DNA of 64,000 nt from Botryllus schlosseri (lineage: Eukaryota), in assembly GCA_051294905.1 (NCBI GenBank), contig CM119372.1, positions 31,436,001-31,500,000 on the forward strand, read 5' to 3'. Below the pieces are notes generated by a model, which made no database searches, had not been told where the DNA came from, and saw nothing but the letters and a program-made list of their open reading frames with translations. Position numbers and translations under genes: made by a program. Positions 26,887-38,234 of this stretch are shown one piece after another; position 1 is the first letter of the stretch; each line of letters opens with the position of its first letter.

Positions 26887-27725
26887 CAGGGGTGGGCAAC
26901 TTTTTCGGCGAAAGGGACACCTGAGATTTACGAACCATTGCGCGTGCAACTGGAATGTTGATAACCTTTTTTTAGTCGTCGATAGGAGCGAACCGCATTA
27001 GGTAACATTGCAAACAAGACTTATATTAATACGCTCTAAAATTGATAATAATATGTCATGCAACTGTGCAGTGCGCAATCAGGCCCTGGTCGCGCCAAGC
27101 GCGAAATTTTTTTGCAAGATAACGACTGAATTAGGCTATAGCTATATCAATAAATATGTCGTTAACATACATTGGGGGTCGGATCTGTATACCACTGGGC
27201 TCATTTGGCAAGGACAGGATTATTCGACGTTTAGACATAGCAAAATCGACGGTATCAGTGAACATGCCTCATCATTTTGTGCAAATGTTTTGTCGACGAT
27301 CTCGCGGCGAGTTCACAAGCGAAGCCGTATCTCCTAATTGCGAACATAGTTAGACTCAATTCTGTGAATAATATGTATTTATAATTTTCAGAAGGGGGCT
27401 CAAATACTGAATGCAAGAAATCTAGTGACAATGAATCATGCGAAGTACCGAGAAAAATTTCAAGTCAAATAAATCTGCTGTGAAATATTCTACTTCATGG
27501 TCATATAAGAAGATCTGGGATAAATGTGGCTGACCCCTGGATACGTCAATGCGTCAGAACTGTTGTTTTAGTCATCATCAAATTTCGCGGTCATGCTAAT
27601 CAAATTTTGGTTGGCCTTGCAATTGTACCTGATGTCATAAATAATTTCGAGAATTACCTCGCAGGCCACACCTAACCTTCGCGTGTGCCAAATTTGGCCT
27701 GCGTGCCACAGGCTGGCCGCACCTG
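26887..27725. mobile_element. Nested hAT MITE (family of 13646)
   Basis: Ends CAGGGGTGGGCAAC / GGCTGGCCGCACCTG, degraded TSD TTCTATAT/ATCTGTAT. Confidence 0.8.
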
Positions 27726-27742
27726 ATCTGTATGGTTTATAA

Positions 27743-29044
27743 CAGGCCTGGGCAAAGTGCGGCCCGCGGGCCACATGCGGCCCGCGAAGCTATTCTGTGC
27801 GGCCCGCGAAAGGTTGCTTGGAATTCAAAACATAATACTTGCTTGTTGAACGACTAAAACCATAGGCTGCGTATCAACTCAACGGGAAATTAGTTTACTT
27901 TGAAGCCTTCGTACCTTGCATGCGTAATCCAGATTCAAAATAAAGGCCATGTGACAAAGTATGAGTGGCAATTAAAATAACAAGAAATCACTCTTTCCAT
28001 ATAGTTTAGTTCAAACCAGCATCTTTGTGGCCATTGTCGCATTACGCATTATACGGCATGTGTTTCAAATTGTTACGCGTGCTCCGTTTCCAAATCCCTA
28101 ATTCGTAAAACAAGTCAATCAGTGCTTGCGATTACTATATGGCTGATCAACTCATCATATCTATCACCCATTAAGAAATAACGGACATGCCAAAAAAAGA
28201 AAGCTGAAAACTGAAATTCAATGAAGATTTAGACTTCAGACTTTCTAGCACTAAATAGCCTATTTGTATATTGGAGTCAGGGGTAAAGCCGTCCTTTTAG
28301 TTTTTGCCGAGCATGTCGTCGAGATTACGGATTTTACTTAATGTCGGTCTTATGACACAAATACAGAACACTCGATCAAGGGAGGGCAAATTTCAGGAAA
28401 ATGCATGCTTCGCTCAACATGAAGGCTATTAAAGTGCGGCCAAGAAAATAAGCTTTGTACTATTGCATATACATTTCAGTGCAGTGTTTCTCGAAGTGGG
28501 GTGCGTGAAAGCATCAGAAGAGGGGCGCGAAGCCGAAGTTTAGTGAAATTTTTTTTCGCGCTCGGCGCGATCTACCCCAGCAGCTTACAGTTATTGCTCT
28601 GTGTATTGTTCGACTTTGATATGAATTCACTCATCGACAACCATATTCTCCCACGCCATCCAACTATCCGCTGGTATTGCTAGCATTCTAGCTGCACTTT
28701 TTACTATTTTGTGACATCATGATAAGGGGCGCGCGAAAGTTTTCACTATCATAAAGTGAGGCGTACCTAAAGAAGTTTGAGAACCACTGTTCTAGAGTCT
28801 GAATATATGAACGTGGATAGCGGTTTGAAGAGAGTTAAAATGCATCATGTCTAGCATTGTTTCGAATCAGGACAGCAAATACATATTTTTTAATTAACCG
28901 TCAATTTCTCATTACCTGACGTGAGCACATTCGCTGATCAGCATTTATTAACGATGTTATTTAGAAATAAAATTGAAATACGGCCCGCCAACGTATTTTC
29001 CACTTCTCATTAGGCCCGCGGAGGAAAATAATTGCCCATCCCTG
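27743..29044. mobile_element. Nested hAT (Buster-type) MITE
   Basis: Ends CAGGCCTGGGCAA / TTGCCCATCCCTG, TSD GTTTATAA, GGCCCGC repeats. Confidence 0.88.
28482..28789. mobile_element. Innermost nested hAT MITE
   Basis: Ends CAGTGTTTCTCGAA / TTTGAGAACCACTG. TSD degraded. Confidence 0.7.
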
Positions 29045-29348
29045 GTTTATAATAACAGTGATTGGTGGTACATAAAAACTCTATTGAAAATTATTTGAAA
29101 GCAAATGTTTTCATGATAGAGAAGTTGGAGTCGGAGTCGGAGTCGAAGTCATAGTCATTCTCACAAACTCCGACTCCGACTCCAGTCAGTATTTTCCCAC
29201 CGACTCCGACTCCGACTCCGACTCCAGCTATTATAGTTTTCGTGACTCCGACTCCGACTCCGACTCCATCAAGTGAAAATCACCCCGACTCCGACTCCGA
29301 CTCCACCGACTCCGACTCCGACTCCACAGCCCTGTCCTCAAATCGCCC

Positions 29349-32300
29349 TTTTTTAGGCGGAGGCCTCGTGAGGGATCGCAACAATTTTCAACAGTGAACT
29401 CCGAACGTGAAAACCCTTTATTGCATGTGCGAGATTCGATTTCAGGGCAGATTTTCCTCGTCGATACAGGAGCATCCGTTTCTGTTTTGCCGACTTCGAG
29501 TAACGTTTTAAAAAGTAAACCAGGACCAAATCTGTACGCTACAAATGGATCAAAAATTGCGACGTTTGGAACGAGATATTTACGGATCGAGCTCTCCGAT
29601 AGACACAAGTATGGATTTCGATTCTATATTGCCGATACACACATTGCCATATTGGGGGCTGATTTTATTGAGCGATTTTCTCTCGTCGTTGATTTGAGGA
29701 ACAATTGTCTGATTGATACGGTTTCAGGAGGTTTCATTCCTGGCTGGAAGTGTAATCCAGTAGTTCGCGGTTTGAACTTTATAGCGCCTGATCACAATAC
29801 GCCATATGTAGATCTTTTGTCGAGATTCAACGACATTACCGTTCCACGGAATGCAGCAGTACGAGCTAATCACGGTACTGTACATCGTATTATTACTAAA
29901 GGATGTCCCACTCGTTGTCGCTGTCGCCCATTGCCGCCCCATTTGAAACAAAAGGTGAAGAATCGATTGCAAGAGATGTTGAAGTCCGGTGTAATCATTC
30001 GCTCAAAATCGCCTTTCGCCTCTCCCATCACTGTCGTACCGAAGGGGATAGATGATATTAGAATCTGTGTCGACTATAGGAAATTAAACAATCAGACGGT
30101 CAAGGATCGCTGGCCTGTCCCATTTCTGCGTGATTTTACCAATGAACTGTCGAACTGTAATGTTTTTAGCAAAGTTGACTTAGCGAAGGCGTACCATCAA
30201 ATCCCTCTTCATCCGGACGATCAAGAGAAGGCTGCTTTTATTTGTCCCGAAGGACTATTCCAACCAACGACGATGATGTTTGGCTTGACCAACGCTTGTA
30301 GTACTTTTAGCCGTTTTATATCCGAAGAAACCGAAGGACTGGACAATATTTTTGCGGTTTTAGACGACATTTTAATTGCGACTCGGACTGAAGAAGAGCA
30401 CATGGCAACATTGTCGAAATTGTTTTCAAGGTTTTGTAAGTTCGGACTGGTCATAAATGTTGATAAGTGCAGTTTCGGTAAGGAAGAAATCGAATTTTTA
30501 GGTCACCTTGTTAATGCAAGGGGAATTAGTCCCTTGCCGTCTAAGGTTGAAGTAATCTCTAACTATCCTCGTCCCGAAAATGTAAAACAACTACGTTCAT
30601 TCCTTGGACTAGTCTGCTATTACCACCGTTTTGTCAAAAAGTGTGCCGAGATTTTGAAGCCACTGTATGACGTGGCCAATGCAGCATCGAATAAACGTGA
30701 TCGTGTCAAATGGACAGATAGTGCTAACACAGCTTTCGAACGCATCAAGACCGAACTGTCCGATAATATCATATTATCCCACCCGATTCACGATGCTGAA
30801 CTGTCACTCGTGGTTGACGCTAGTCAAGTCGGAATTGGAGCTGTTTTGCAACAGAAACGTGATGATTCGTGGTTACCCTTAGCATTCTTCTCGAAAACCT
30901 TGAACCCGACACAGCGCAAGTACTCCGCATTTGATCGCGAGCTTTTAGCGGCTTATTCAGCAATAAAGCATTTTCATGTCCAGCTAAAGGGTAGGAAATT
31001 TCAACTGATTACCGATAATGACGGCCTTGTAAAATCGTTAAGGAATCCAACCGACAGACTTCTGGATCGTCAAGCAAGACAGTTGGAATTCATCACGGAA
31101 TATACCGACGACGTTAGACACATCAAAGGGACTCTGAACACGGCTGCGGATACTCTCTCCAGGCTCGAGGTGAACGCGATTTTTCCGAACACTGTTCCCA
31201 TCACAGCCGAAGCATTACTAGAAGCTCAGAAAGGCGACGATGAGCTCAAAGAACTCCTCGCTAACGCTGGTGACCATTCGTTGGATCTCGCGGAAGTACA
31301 TTTCGAAGAGTTGAAGGATCCTATCATCTTCGACAAATCGTTACCTGGTAGAGAACGTCCCTACGTTCCTGCGGCGCTTCGAGAGACTGTAATGCACAGT
31401 GTGCATGATATTTCACACCCCGGTATACGCGCGACCACTAAATTAATAGCTGAACGTTATGTATGGCCCGGCATGAAACGACATGTGAACGATTTCGTCC
31501 GTCATTGTCAGCAGTGTCAACGATCGAAGATTCATAGGCATAATCGAACTGCAATTAGCAATCTTCCCGTCCCTTCCGAACGCTTTCACACGGTTAACGT
31601 GGACATTTTATCACTCCCTAATAGTTGTGGCTACTCGTATATTTTGATGTGTGTTGATCGCTATACTCGCTGGCCTGTATGTGTTCCAATGATGGACATT
31701 CGTGCCCAAACTGTTATTGATGCGTTTAGTTTTGGCTGGGTGTCGAATTTCAGCTCACCCCGTAAAGTCATAACCGACCGAGGAAGCCAGTTTACCTCGC
31801 TTGAATGGACTCGGTATATGCAATTCTTGGGTATTTTTCATATCACAACTTTGGCGTATAAGCCGGAGCAAAATTCTCTTGTCGAACGCTATAACAGAAC
31901 TTTGAAAGCCTCCCTCCGCGCATTAGAAAGTCCTCATAATTGGTATCATCACTTAGGCTTAATTGTTTTAGGGCTGAGATGTTCTGTCAAGGAAGATCTC
32001 GGTTATTCACCAGCAGAGCTTGTGTATGGCACTTCCCTTCGACTACCCGGTCAATTAGTCAATCCTTCTTCCAGTGGTAATAACGCTAATGATTTCAACT
32101 ACGTTGGTGAATTGAAACGCTTTTTCTCAGCCGTGGGTGAGATGCCGACTAAGTCTCATTCGAATCAAAAATCTTATGTCCCAAACGATTTGAATAATTG
32201 CACGCACGTTTTCTTGCGGATAGATGGTCATCGTAGATCACTCGATCCGGTTTATTCTGGTCCACACCAAGTTTTAAAACGCACTCATAAATGTTTCACA

Positions 32301-32504
32301 ATTCAAACGAATAAGGGTCCGTATGACGCCTCAACCGACAGGCTTATACCTGGCAGACTTCCCATCGAGCGTCTCGAAGAATTGACGCCACCGCAAGCTA
32401 ATATTTCGCGAACGAACTCTGTGTCGGCCAGCGGCCGTAATATTCGTACTCCACATCACTTGAATGATTTTGTGTTGTCACCAGTATTTAAAATGGATAT
32501 TTAG
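29349..32504 (+). CDS. pol: Pol polyprotein (protease, RT, RNase H, integrase), probably expressed by -1 frameshift
   Basis: LVDTGAS protease; RICVDYRKLN, KVDLAKAYHQ and VLDD in RT; VDAS/DRELLA in RNase H; HHCC and D,D35E in integrase; GPH in the GPY/F position. Uninterrupted frame, open back to the slippery site TTTTTTA at 29349. Confidence 0.95.
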   Translation, partial: FFRRRPREGSQQFSTVNSERENPLLHVRDSISGQIFLVDTGASVSVLPTSSNVLKSKPGPNLYATNGSKIATFGTRYLRIELSDRHKYGFRFYIADTHIAILGADFIERFSLVVDLRNNCLIDTVSGGFIPGWKCNPVVRGLNFIAPDHNTPYVDLLSRFNDITVPRNAAVRANHGTVHRIITKGCPTRCRCRPLPPHLKQKVKNRLQEMLKSGVIIRSKSPFASPITVVPKGIDDIRICVDYRKLNNQTVKDRWPVPFLRDFTNELSNCNVFSKVDLAKAYHQIPLHPDDQEKAAFICPEGLFQPTTMMFGLTNACSTFSRFISEETEGLDNIFAVLDDILIATRTEEEHMATLSKLFSRFCKFGLVINVDKCSFGKEEIEFLGHLVNARGISPLPSKVEVISNYPRPENVKQLRSFLGLVCYYHRFVKKCAEILKPLYDVANAASNKRDRVKWTDSANTAFERIKTELSDNIILSHPIHDAELSLVVDASQVGIGAVLQQKRDDSWLPLAFFSKTLNPTQRKYSAFDRELLAAYSAIKHFHVQLKGRKFQLITDNDGLVKSLRNPTDRLLDRQARQLEFITEYTDDVRHIKGTLNTAADTLSRLEVNAIFPNTVPITAEALLEAQKGDDELKELLANAGDHSLDLAEVHFEELKDPIIFDKSLPGRERPYVPAALRETVMHSVHDISHPGIRATTKLIAERYVWPGMKRHVNDFVRHCQQCQRSKIHRHNRTAISNLPVPSERFHTVNVDILSLPNSCGYSYILMCVDRYTRWPVCVPMMDIRAQTVIDAFSFGWVSNFSSPRKVITDRGSQFTSLEWTRYMQFLGIFHITTLAYKPEQNSLVERYNRTLKASLRALESPHNWYHHLGLIVLGLRCSVKEDLGYSPAELVYGTSLRLPGQLVNPSSSGNNANDFNYVGELKRFFSAVGEMPTKSHSNQKSYVPNDLNNCTHVFLRIDGHRRSLDPVYSGPHQVLKRTHKCFTIQTNKGPYDASTDRLIPGRLPIERLEELTPPQANISRTNSVSASGRNIRTPHHLNDFVLSPVFKMDI

Positions 32505-32834
32505 TGTGTTCTCATTTACTTTTCCGCCATCACTTGTATTTTTTTCGCAACAGGCATTACATCTCCTCTAATGTTCTGTAAATCGTGTCTTGAGCCTTTC
32601 ACATTGTAAACTGCATATTATCGCTAAACGAATCATTTTGTCGTTATAGCTTTACCATACCACACCCACGTCGCTATCGTATTCGTTATACCATTAGAAT
32701 CGTACTCGTATTTCGAAACCTAATCTGTAATCATTGCCATGTCATGCTGGTAGCGTCATTCATTCGTAGTTAAATCGTTGACTGATGTAGTGTCCATATT
32801 ATATCCTGAAGCTTTTACCAACCAGGGGGGCCCT

Positions 32835-33094
32835 TGTAGCGTACCGCTCCACGATTATCCTAATTACCCTCGCTGATCACTGATTTGATTATGCTTCTAT
32901 ACTTGTTGCTGTTGCGAACCTATGTTGTGTCAGTCGCTTTTAGTCACCGTCCGAGCCAGTCGTCTTTTAGTATCCGTCGGATGAGCATCGTCATGTTTTA
33001 GTTGTTTTATTAAAAGAGCAATGCTGACTTGTCTACTTTGACTTATCGAGCCGCGGACCAAGAAGAACGCGCGCCCACGACAGAGCACGCTATA
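32835..33094 (+). repeat. 3' LTR
   Basis: Identical by eye to 24673-24932, followed by TSD ACTC. Confidence 0.97.
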
Positions 33095-35722
33095 ACTCTG
33101 TGTACCGCGGATATCAGAAAATATTTTACAAATTTAATTGTTTCCAGTTACCAAGACTAAAGACGAAACAACAATTGCGTTTGCTGCTTAACAACCGGTA
33201 CAATACTTTATTTTCGGAATCTGCGACATCGAATTGAAACATACGCACATCACGCAGTACGAAAATATCACTTGGGAACTCGAGGGTATCATTCAATATG
33301 TGTTAAACTCTTTTCACACTATCTGTCGAACGCGTGAAATGTAAAACATTACGAGGTTACGCTCTAAGATTTTGATCATCAAGAAAGTAAATAGAGGTAT
33401 GCTTGTTGGATACGTCCTATTCAACCGGTCTTGATTGGTACAAAACTCATAACAATAATAAAATTGAAGTATGTGCTACACTGAATTCTACAAAAATGTG
33501 TTTGTATTGCTGTTCGTAGTAGTGATATCGATTTGAACCTCCGGAATAGTTGTCATCATCTAACCAAACTACTAAAAGTCGTTGTCAATCTGTATGATGT
33601 TCACTGATTGCATACTAGAACTATTTGTGCAACACACACGACCAGAGAAATTGGAAATTTTCCCATTGTCATTCATCAAAGTAAATGTCGTCACAATACT
33701 CAGTCACTAAAAAACCATGTACTTGTATGTGATTGAATCATCGGTAATTAACTAGCTAAATCAAACCACTAAGAAATTCCACTCACTCATTGGGTATTAA
33801 ACAGCGTCGCTTAATCGGTGTGAGTCGTTTTTTTCTAAATACAAATCATATCTGTCTATCAGAAAACAATTTTCACTCACTTGGGTAATGAAACCAGTGT
33901 GCGATATTAATACAAGATATTTCCGTCACACAAATAATAATCAACTTCACTCGATATTCCCATGCTACGAAACTGTACAATGGTTTCATGTTTTTGTATG
34001 ACATGGAATTAATACCGATCGAAGTAACCGTATTAGAAATGACTTTCAAACAAAGACACTATGGGCCGTATGCACCAACATGTTTTGAACCCAAACTGGA
34101 GCTCAAACAGGGGTTCAGGAGATATTTCCAAAGCACCAACAATGAAACGTCAATGATCTAGCGTTCACTCGCGCCGAATTTGATCGAAAAGTAAACAACC
34201 GCGGGAGGTTGTTTAAAATGTAGTTCAGTGCTTTGGCATGGTTATCGCTGATTGTGGTCTCCTGTTTCTCGCGACTGGTTGACTGTAAATTGGTTCATGT
34301 TGAAGACGTAGGTGCACAATTTGCTATCTTTCCGTAAATTAGCAGACTTTCTAAGCTGTAGGAATAGATTTTAGATGTTTCCGAACCCAGTTTCACCAAT
34401 GTGAGGCCGAATGGCTTACAGTTTACTGTTAGTTGATCGGTATACCGGTATTAGCGAGTATAGTGGTGAGCCAGGAAATCCATATGACTGCCTCAAGGTA
34501 CCGGTAATGAAGATGCAATATTCTTGTCTTGCGCCTTGTAGGTTTGAATGAAAGACCTTCGGGTCAAAAATGAATGAAAATTATGACCAAGTCTGACGTC
34601 TGTATACAGTGTACAGTTTTTGAAGTACCCTGCGGGGTGCAATTGATGAGGCGTGTTCCCTATAAAGTTTGATATATTTCACCATCATTGAAGCTATGCC
34701 AGTACAGCCGATATTACAGTAGATTGTCCTCATAGCCCAAATGACCGGGTTGGAATCCCGGTACGTTTAGCGTAATATATTTGGTGTACCACGACGGTTT
34801 TCAGCGTCACACCTGTGTATATTAGTAGAATCTTTGATGTGCACGAGACACCGATTCCATATTGGCGAAATGGAAAGCACGTAGCTGCCGGCTGCCAATG
34901 TCACGGCATGTCATGAATTGCTGAATCCTCTTTTATGTAACTGTTTCAAGTTTAGTATGAAGTATGAGTACGGAATTTAGTAAAATGGACCCAAAACAAA
35001 ACTGAAAGTTGATTTGCTTGCCAATGATGTAGGTTGTCGATTGAGTTATGGGAGCAGAAGCTGTATGGATTTGTACCAGACGTCAGGAATCGTGGTCCTG
35101 TGATTTGCGCTCGCGGTCGACCGTAGATAGGTTGGTTTTGGAGCCGCATGTCTTGCAAATCTCTATATTATAGTAATTTTACAGGTTTTAGGTTACATGA
35201 GTGAAATATATACACGTCCTAACAACGATAAAGCGTTTCACTAATCTGGAGATTCTCGGATTAGGTCACAGTCAAAGAGAACCGGCATTATCAAGTGATG
35301 TCGGCCAAGAGACCATCCTCAAAAATGTGCATAATATGCAATAATATTATGTTGGAAGAAGACACATATACATATACAAAAGAATCACCATGAAACTGAA
35401 GGTTATCGATTCCGATTTTGATGTACTTCGCAAAGAAGAGGGGACTAACTCTGGCTCGTATATCAATCGCTAGAGATTTTGGCTGAATATCATTACAAAG
35501 TTATCTGTCTGAGTCAAATTCCCCAAAAAGTCAATGACTGCAGGAGTACTCTAGTGGTAGGACCGAGAAATCAAAAAACCAGGGCCCCGTGGATATACTC
35601 AGCTATCGCAGCTCCCGCAGCTATCGCAGCTATCACTTGTGGATATACTCAGCTATCACAGCTATCGCAGCTATCACCAAAAATCGCAGACATACAGGTC
35701 ATTTAAAGGTCACGTATCGTTT

Positions 35723-36823
35723 AGGGCGCAGCTATCAGCTCCGCAGCACGTCTGGGTTCAAATAGGGCGCAGCTATCAGCTTCGGAGCACGTCCGGGATG
35801 AAATAGTGCGCAGCTATCAGCTCTGGAGCACATCTGGGTTCAAATAGTGCGCAGCTATCAGCTTCGGAGCACGTCCGAGATGAAATAGTGCGCCGCTATC
35901 AGCTCTGGAGCACATCTGGGTTCAAATAGTGCGCAGCTATCAGCTCCGGAGCACATGTGGACTCGAATTATGAGCAACTATCGGCTCCAGAGGTAGTCCG
36001 GGTTCAAATAGTGCGCAGCTATCAGTTTCGGAGCAAGTCTGAGTTGAAATAGTGCGCAGCTATCAGCTCCGGAGCACATGTGGACTCGAATTATGCGCAG
36101 CTATCGGCTCCAGAGGTAGTCCGGGTTGAAATAGTGCGCAGCTATCAGATCCGGAGTACGTCCGTGATGAAATAGTGCGCAGCTATCAGCTTTGGAGCAC
36201 GCCTGGGTTCAAATAGTGCGCAGCTATCAGCTCCGGAGCACGCCCAGATGCAAATAGTGCGCAGCTATCAGCTCGGGAGCAAGTCTGAGTTGAAATAGTG
36301 CGCAGCTATCGGCTCCAGAGGTAGTCCGGGTTGAAATAGTGCGCAGCTATCAGCTCAGGAGCACGTCCGGGGTGAAATAGTGCGCAGCTATCAGCTCAGG
36401 AGCACGTCTGGGTTGAAATAGTACGCAGCTATCAGCTCCAGAGGTAGTCTGGGTTCAAATAGTGCGCAGCTATCAGCTCCGGAGCACGCCCGGATGCAAA
36501 TAGTCCGCAGCTATCAGCTCAAAAGCACGTCTGGGTTCAAATAGTGCGCAGCTATCAGCTTCGGAGCACGTCCGATATGAAATAGTGCGCAGCTATCAGC
36601 TCAGGAGGACGTCTGGGTTGAAATAGTGCGCAGCTATCAGCTTCGGAGCACGCCCGGATGCAAATAGTGCGCAGCTATCAGCTCAAAAGCACGTCTGGGT
36701 TGAAATAGTGCGCAGCTATCAGCTCCGGAGCACGTCCGGGTTGAAATAGTGCGCAGCTATCAGCTCTGGAGCAAGTCCGGGTGCAAATAGTGCGCAGATA
36801 TCAGCTCCAGAGCACGTCTGGGC
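35723..36823 (+). repeat. Left 41-bp tandem array (~27 units)
   Basis: Core AAATAGTGCGCAGCTATCAGC plus a ~20-bp variable part. Period 41 (35771 to 35812). Truncated by a MITE end at 36824. Confidence 0.95.
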
Positions 36824-36844
36824 CAGTGTTGGGATGACTCGAGT

Positions 36845-37397
36845 CAGGGTTGTAACAAGGCTCCGAGTCAGAAGTCACTCTCAGTTTTATAGTTTTAAAT
36901 CGAGTCCAGTGAAGTCATTTTCAATTCGCCACCGAGTCAAGTCCGAGTCCAAGTCATCGAGCAGAGGTTCGAGTCCGAGTCATGGTATTATGACTCGAGT
37001 CCGAGTCCAAGTTATCCTGTAGATGTGTTGACTGCTCGTTTTCCATTTAAAGTCTTGTTAAACCCACTTTCTATAACTCGCTTTGGTGATATCGAATGGT
37101 TCGCATTCATAATATAGGCTACTAATTTTCCTCACTTTTAAATGTTTCTGGTCGCATTTTCAAGTATCAGTAACAATAGGGTGGTTAATTTACAATTCTT
37201 CGAAATTTCAATGAAATGTCGGTCTTGGCCGTCTAAGTCTCGAGTCATAATGACTTGGTTCGAGTCATGTGCAATTACACATATAGACTCGAGTTGAGTC
37301 GAGTCATTTCCGTATTTTGAGAAAATGACTTGAGTCAAGTCGAGTCATCAGAAAATTGTGACTTGAGTCGATTCATGATCGATTGATTACAACCCTG
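36845..37397. mobile_element. hAT MITE, CAGGGTTGTAA family, nested in the end of a CAGTGTTGGGATGACTCGAGTC element starting at 36824
   Basis: TIRs present, TSD ACTCGAGT/ACTCTAGT. The host terminus is identical to that at 59675. Confidence 0.85.
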
Positions 37398-37529
37398 ACT
37401 CTAGTCATGACTTGGATGTTGAATTTGGTTCAATTCCAACCAGTAGCCGCATTGCTACAGGAGAAGAAAGATTCAATTTATTTAAAAAAAATAAATAACA
37501 AAAAATTTGGTTCAATTCCAAACAGTGGA

Positions 37530-37673
37530 AGCGGAGTTATTGCCGTCGAAAAATTTGGATTTGAATAAAATAGTATTTATGATGGGCACCACTATAATAA
37601 ATAATTAAAGAATTAATCACGGTAAATACTATTTTATTCATAATCCAAATTTTTCGACGGCAATAACTCCGCT
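37530..37673. repeat. ~50-bp near-perfect inverted repeat with a ~43-bp spacer
   Basis: AGCGGAGTTATTGCCGTCGAAAAATTTGGATT...ATAGTATTTA versus TAAATACTAT...AATCCAAATTTTTCGACGGCAATAACTCCGCT. Confidence 0.9.
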
Positions 37674-38234
37674 GTAGTCATTATATAAAACGTGAGACTT
37701 TCGTTTCATCCAATCGCGGATATATTTCATGAAAATATGTTTGAATCAGGCTTGTTGGCACGTACCCTTATGCATGGAATGTGCAGCGGATTATTTACTC
37801 ATAGTAGTTTGATATAGTTCCCAGGCGAGTAGGTCTCCGAGCTATATTTTATTCATGAGATACCAATCAAAGTAACACACCCTTCTTCTGGTGCACCAGT
37901 ATCGAAATATTGTCTTTGGGCCATGCATTATATTAATTAGATACGTATAAGGCCCGTGTAGTGAGTATATAGGCCTCAATATACTATACCTGCAGTCGCA
38001 CACGTCCGATATCAGATCAGTGAATATCTATGATAGGCAGAGCCGATAGTAGGGAAGGCCTACACTACATCCACGGAATCGCACAGGTGTTAGTCAGCAT
38101 AATTATTCGTGAGCAGAGCTTTTAATACAAAGTAACGAAATTTCTTTTGATCCCGTGTAGATGTCAGAATATCTGTTCACCGCATGTACACTGAAAATCA
38201 GGAAGATAGTCCTTGCATGCAATGCAATGAATGA

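Larger units (their letters stand above)
25931..29334. mobile_element. Composite hAT MITE with (GACTCC)n subterminal repeats, inserted at the gag-pol junction
   Basis: TIRs CAGGGCTGTGGAGTCGG / CCGACTCCACAGCCCTG, perfect TSD TCCTCAAA. Confidence 0.95.
24673..33094 (+). mobile_element. Full-length Ty3/Gypsy LTR retrotransposon, CsRn1-like clade, interrupted by a 3.4-kb MITE
   Basis: Two apparently identical 260-bp LTRs, 4-bp TSD ACTC, tRNA-Trp PBS, CHCC Gag knuckle, PR-RT-RH-IN order, polypurine tract AGGGGGG at 32824-32830. Confidence 0.97.

Noticed and set aside
29724..30882. Short antisense or alternate-frame ORFs within pol
   Set aside because: Shadow ORFs of the long pol frame with no independent motifs.
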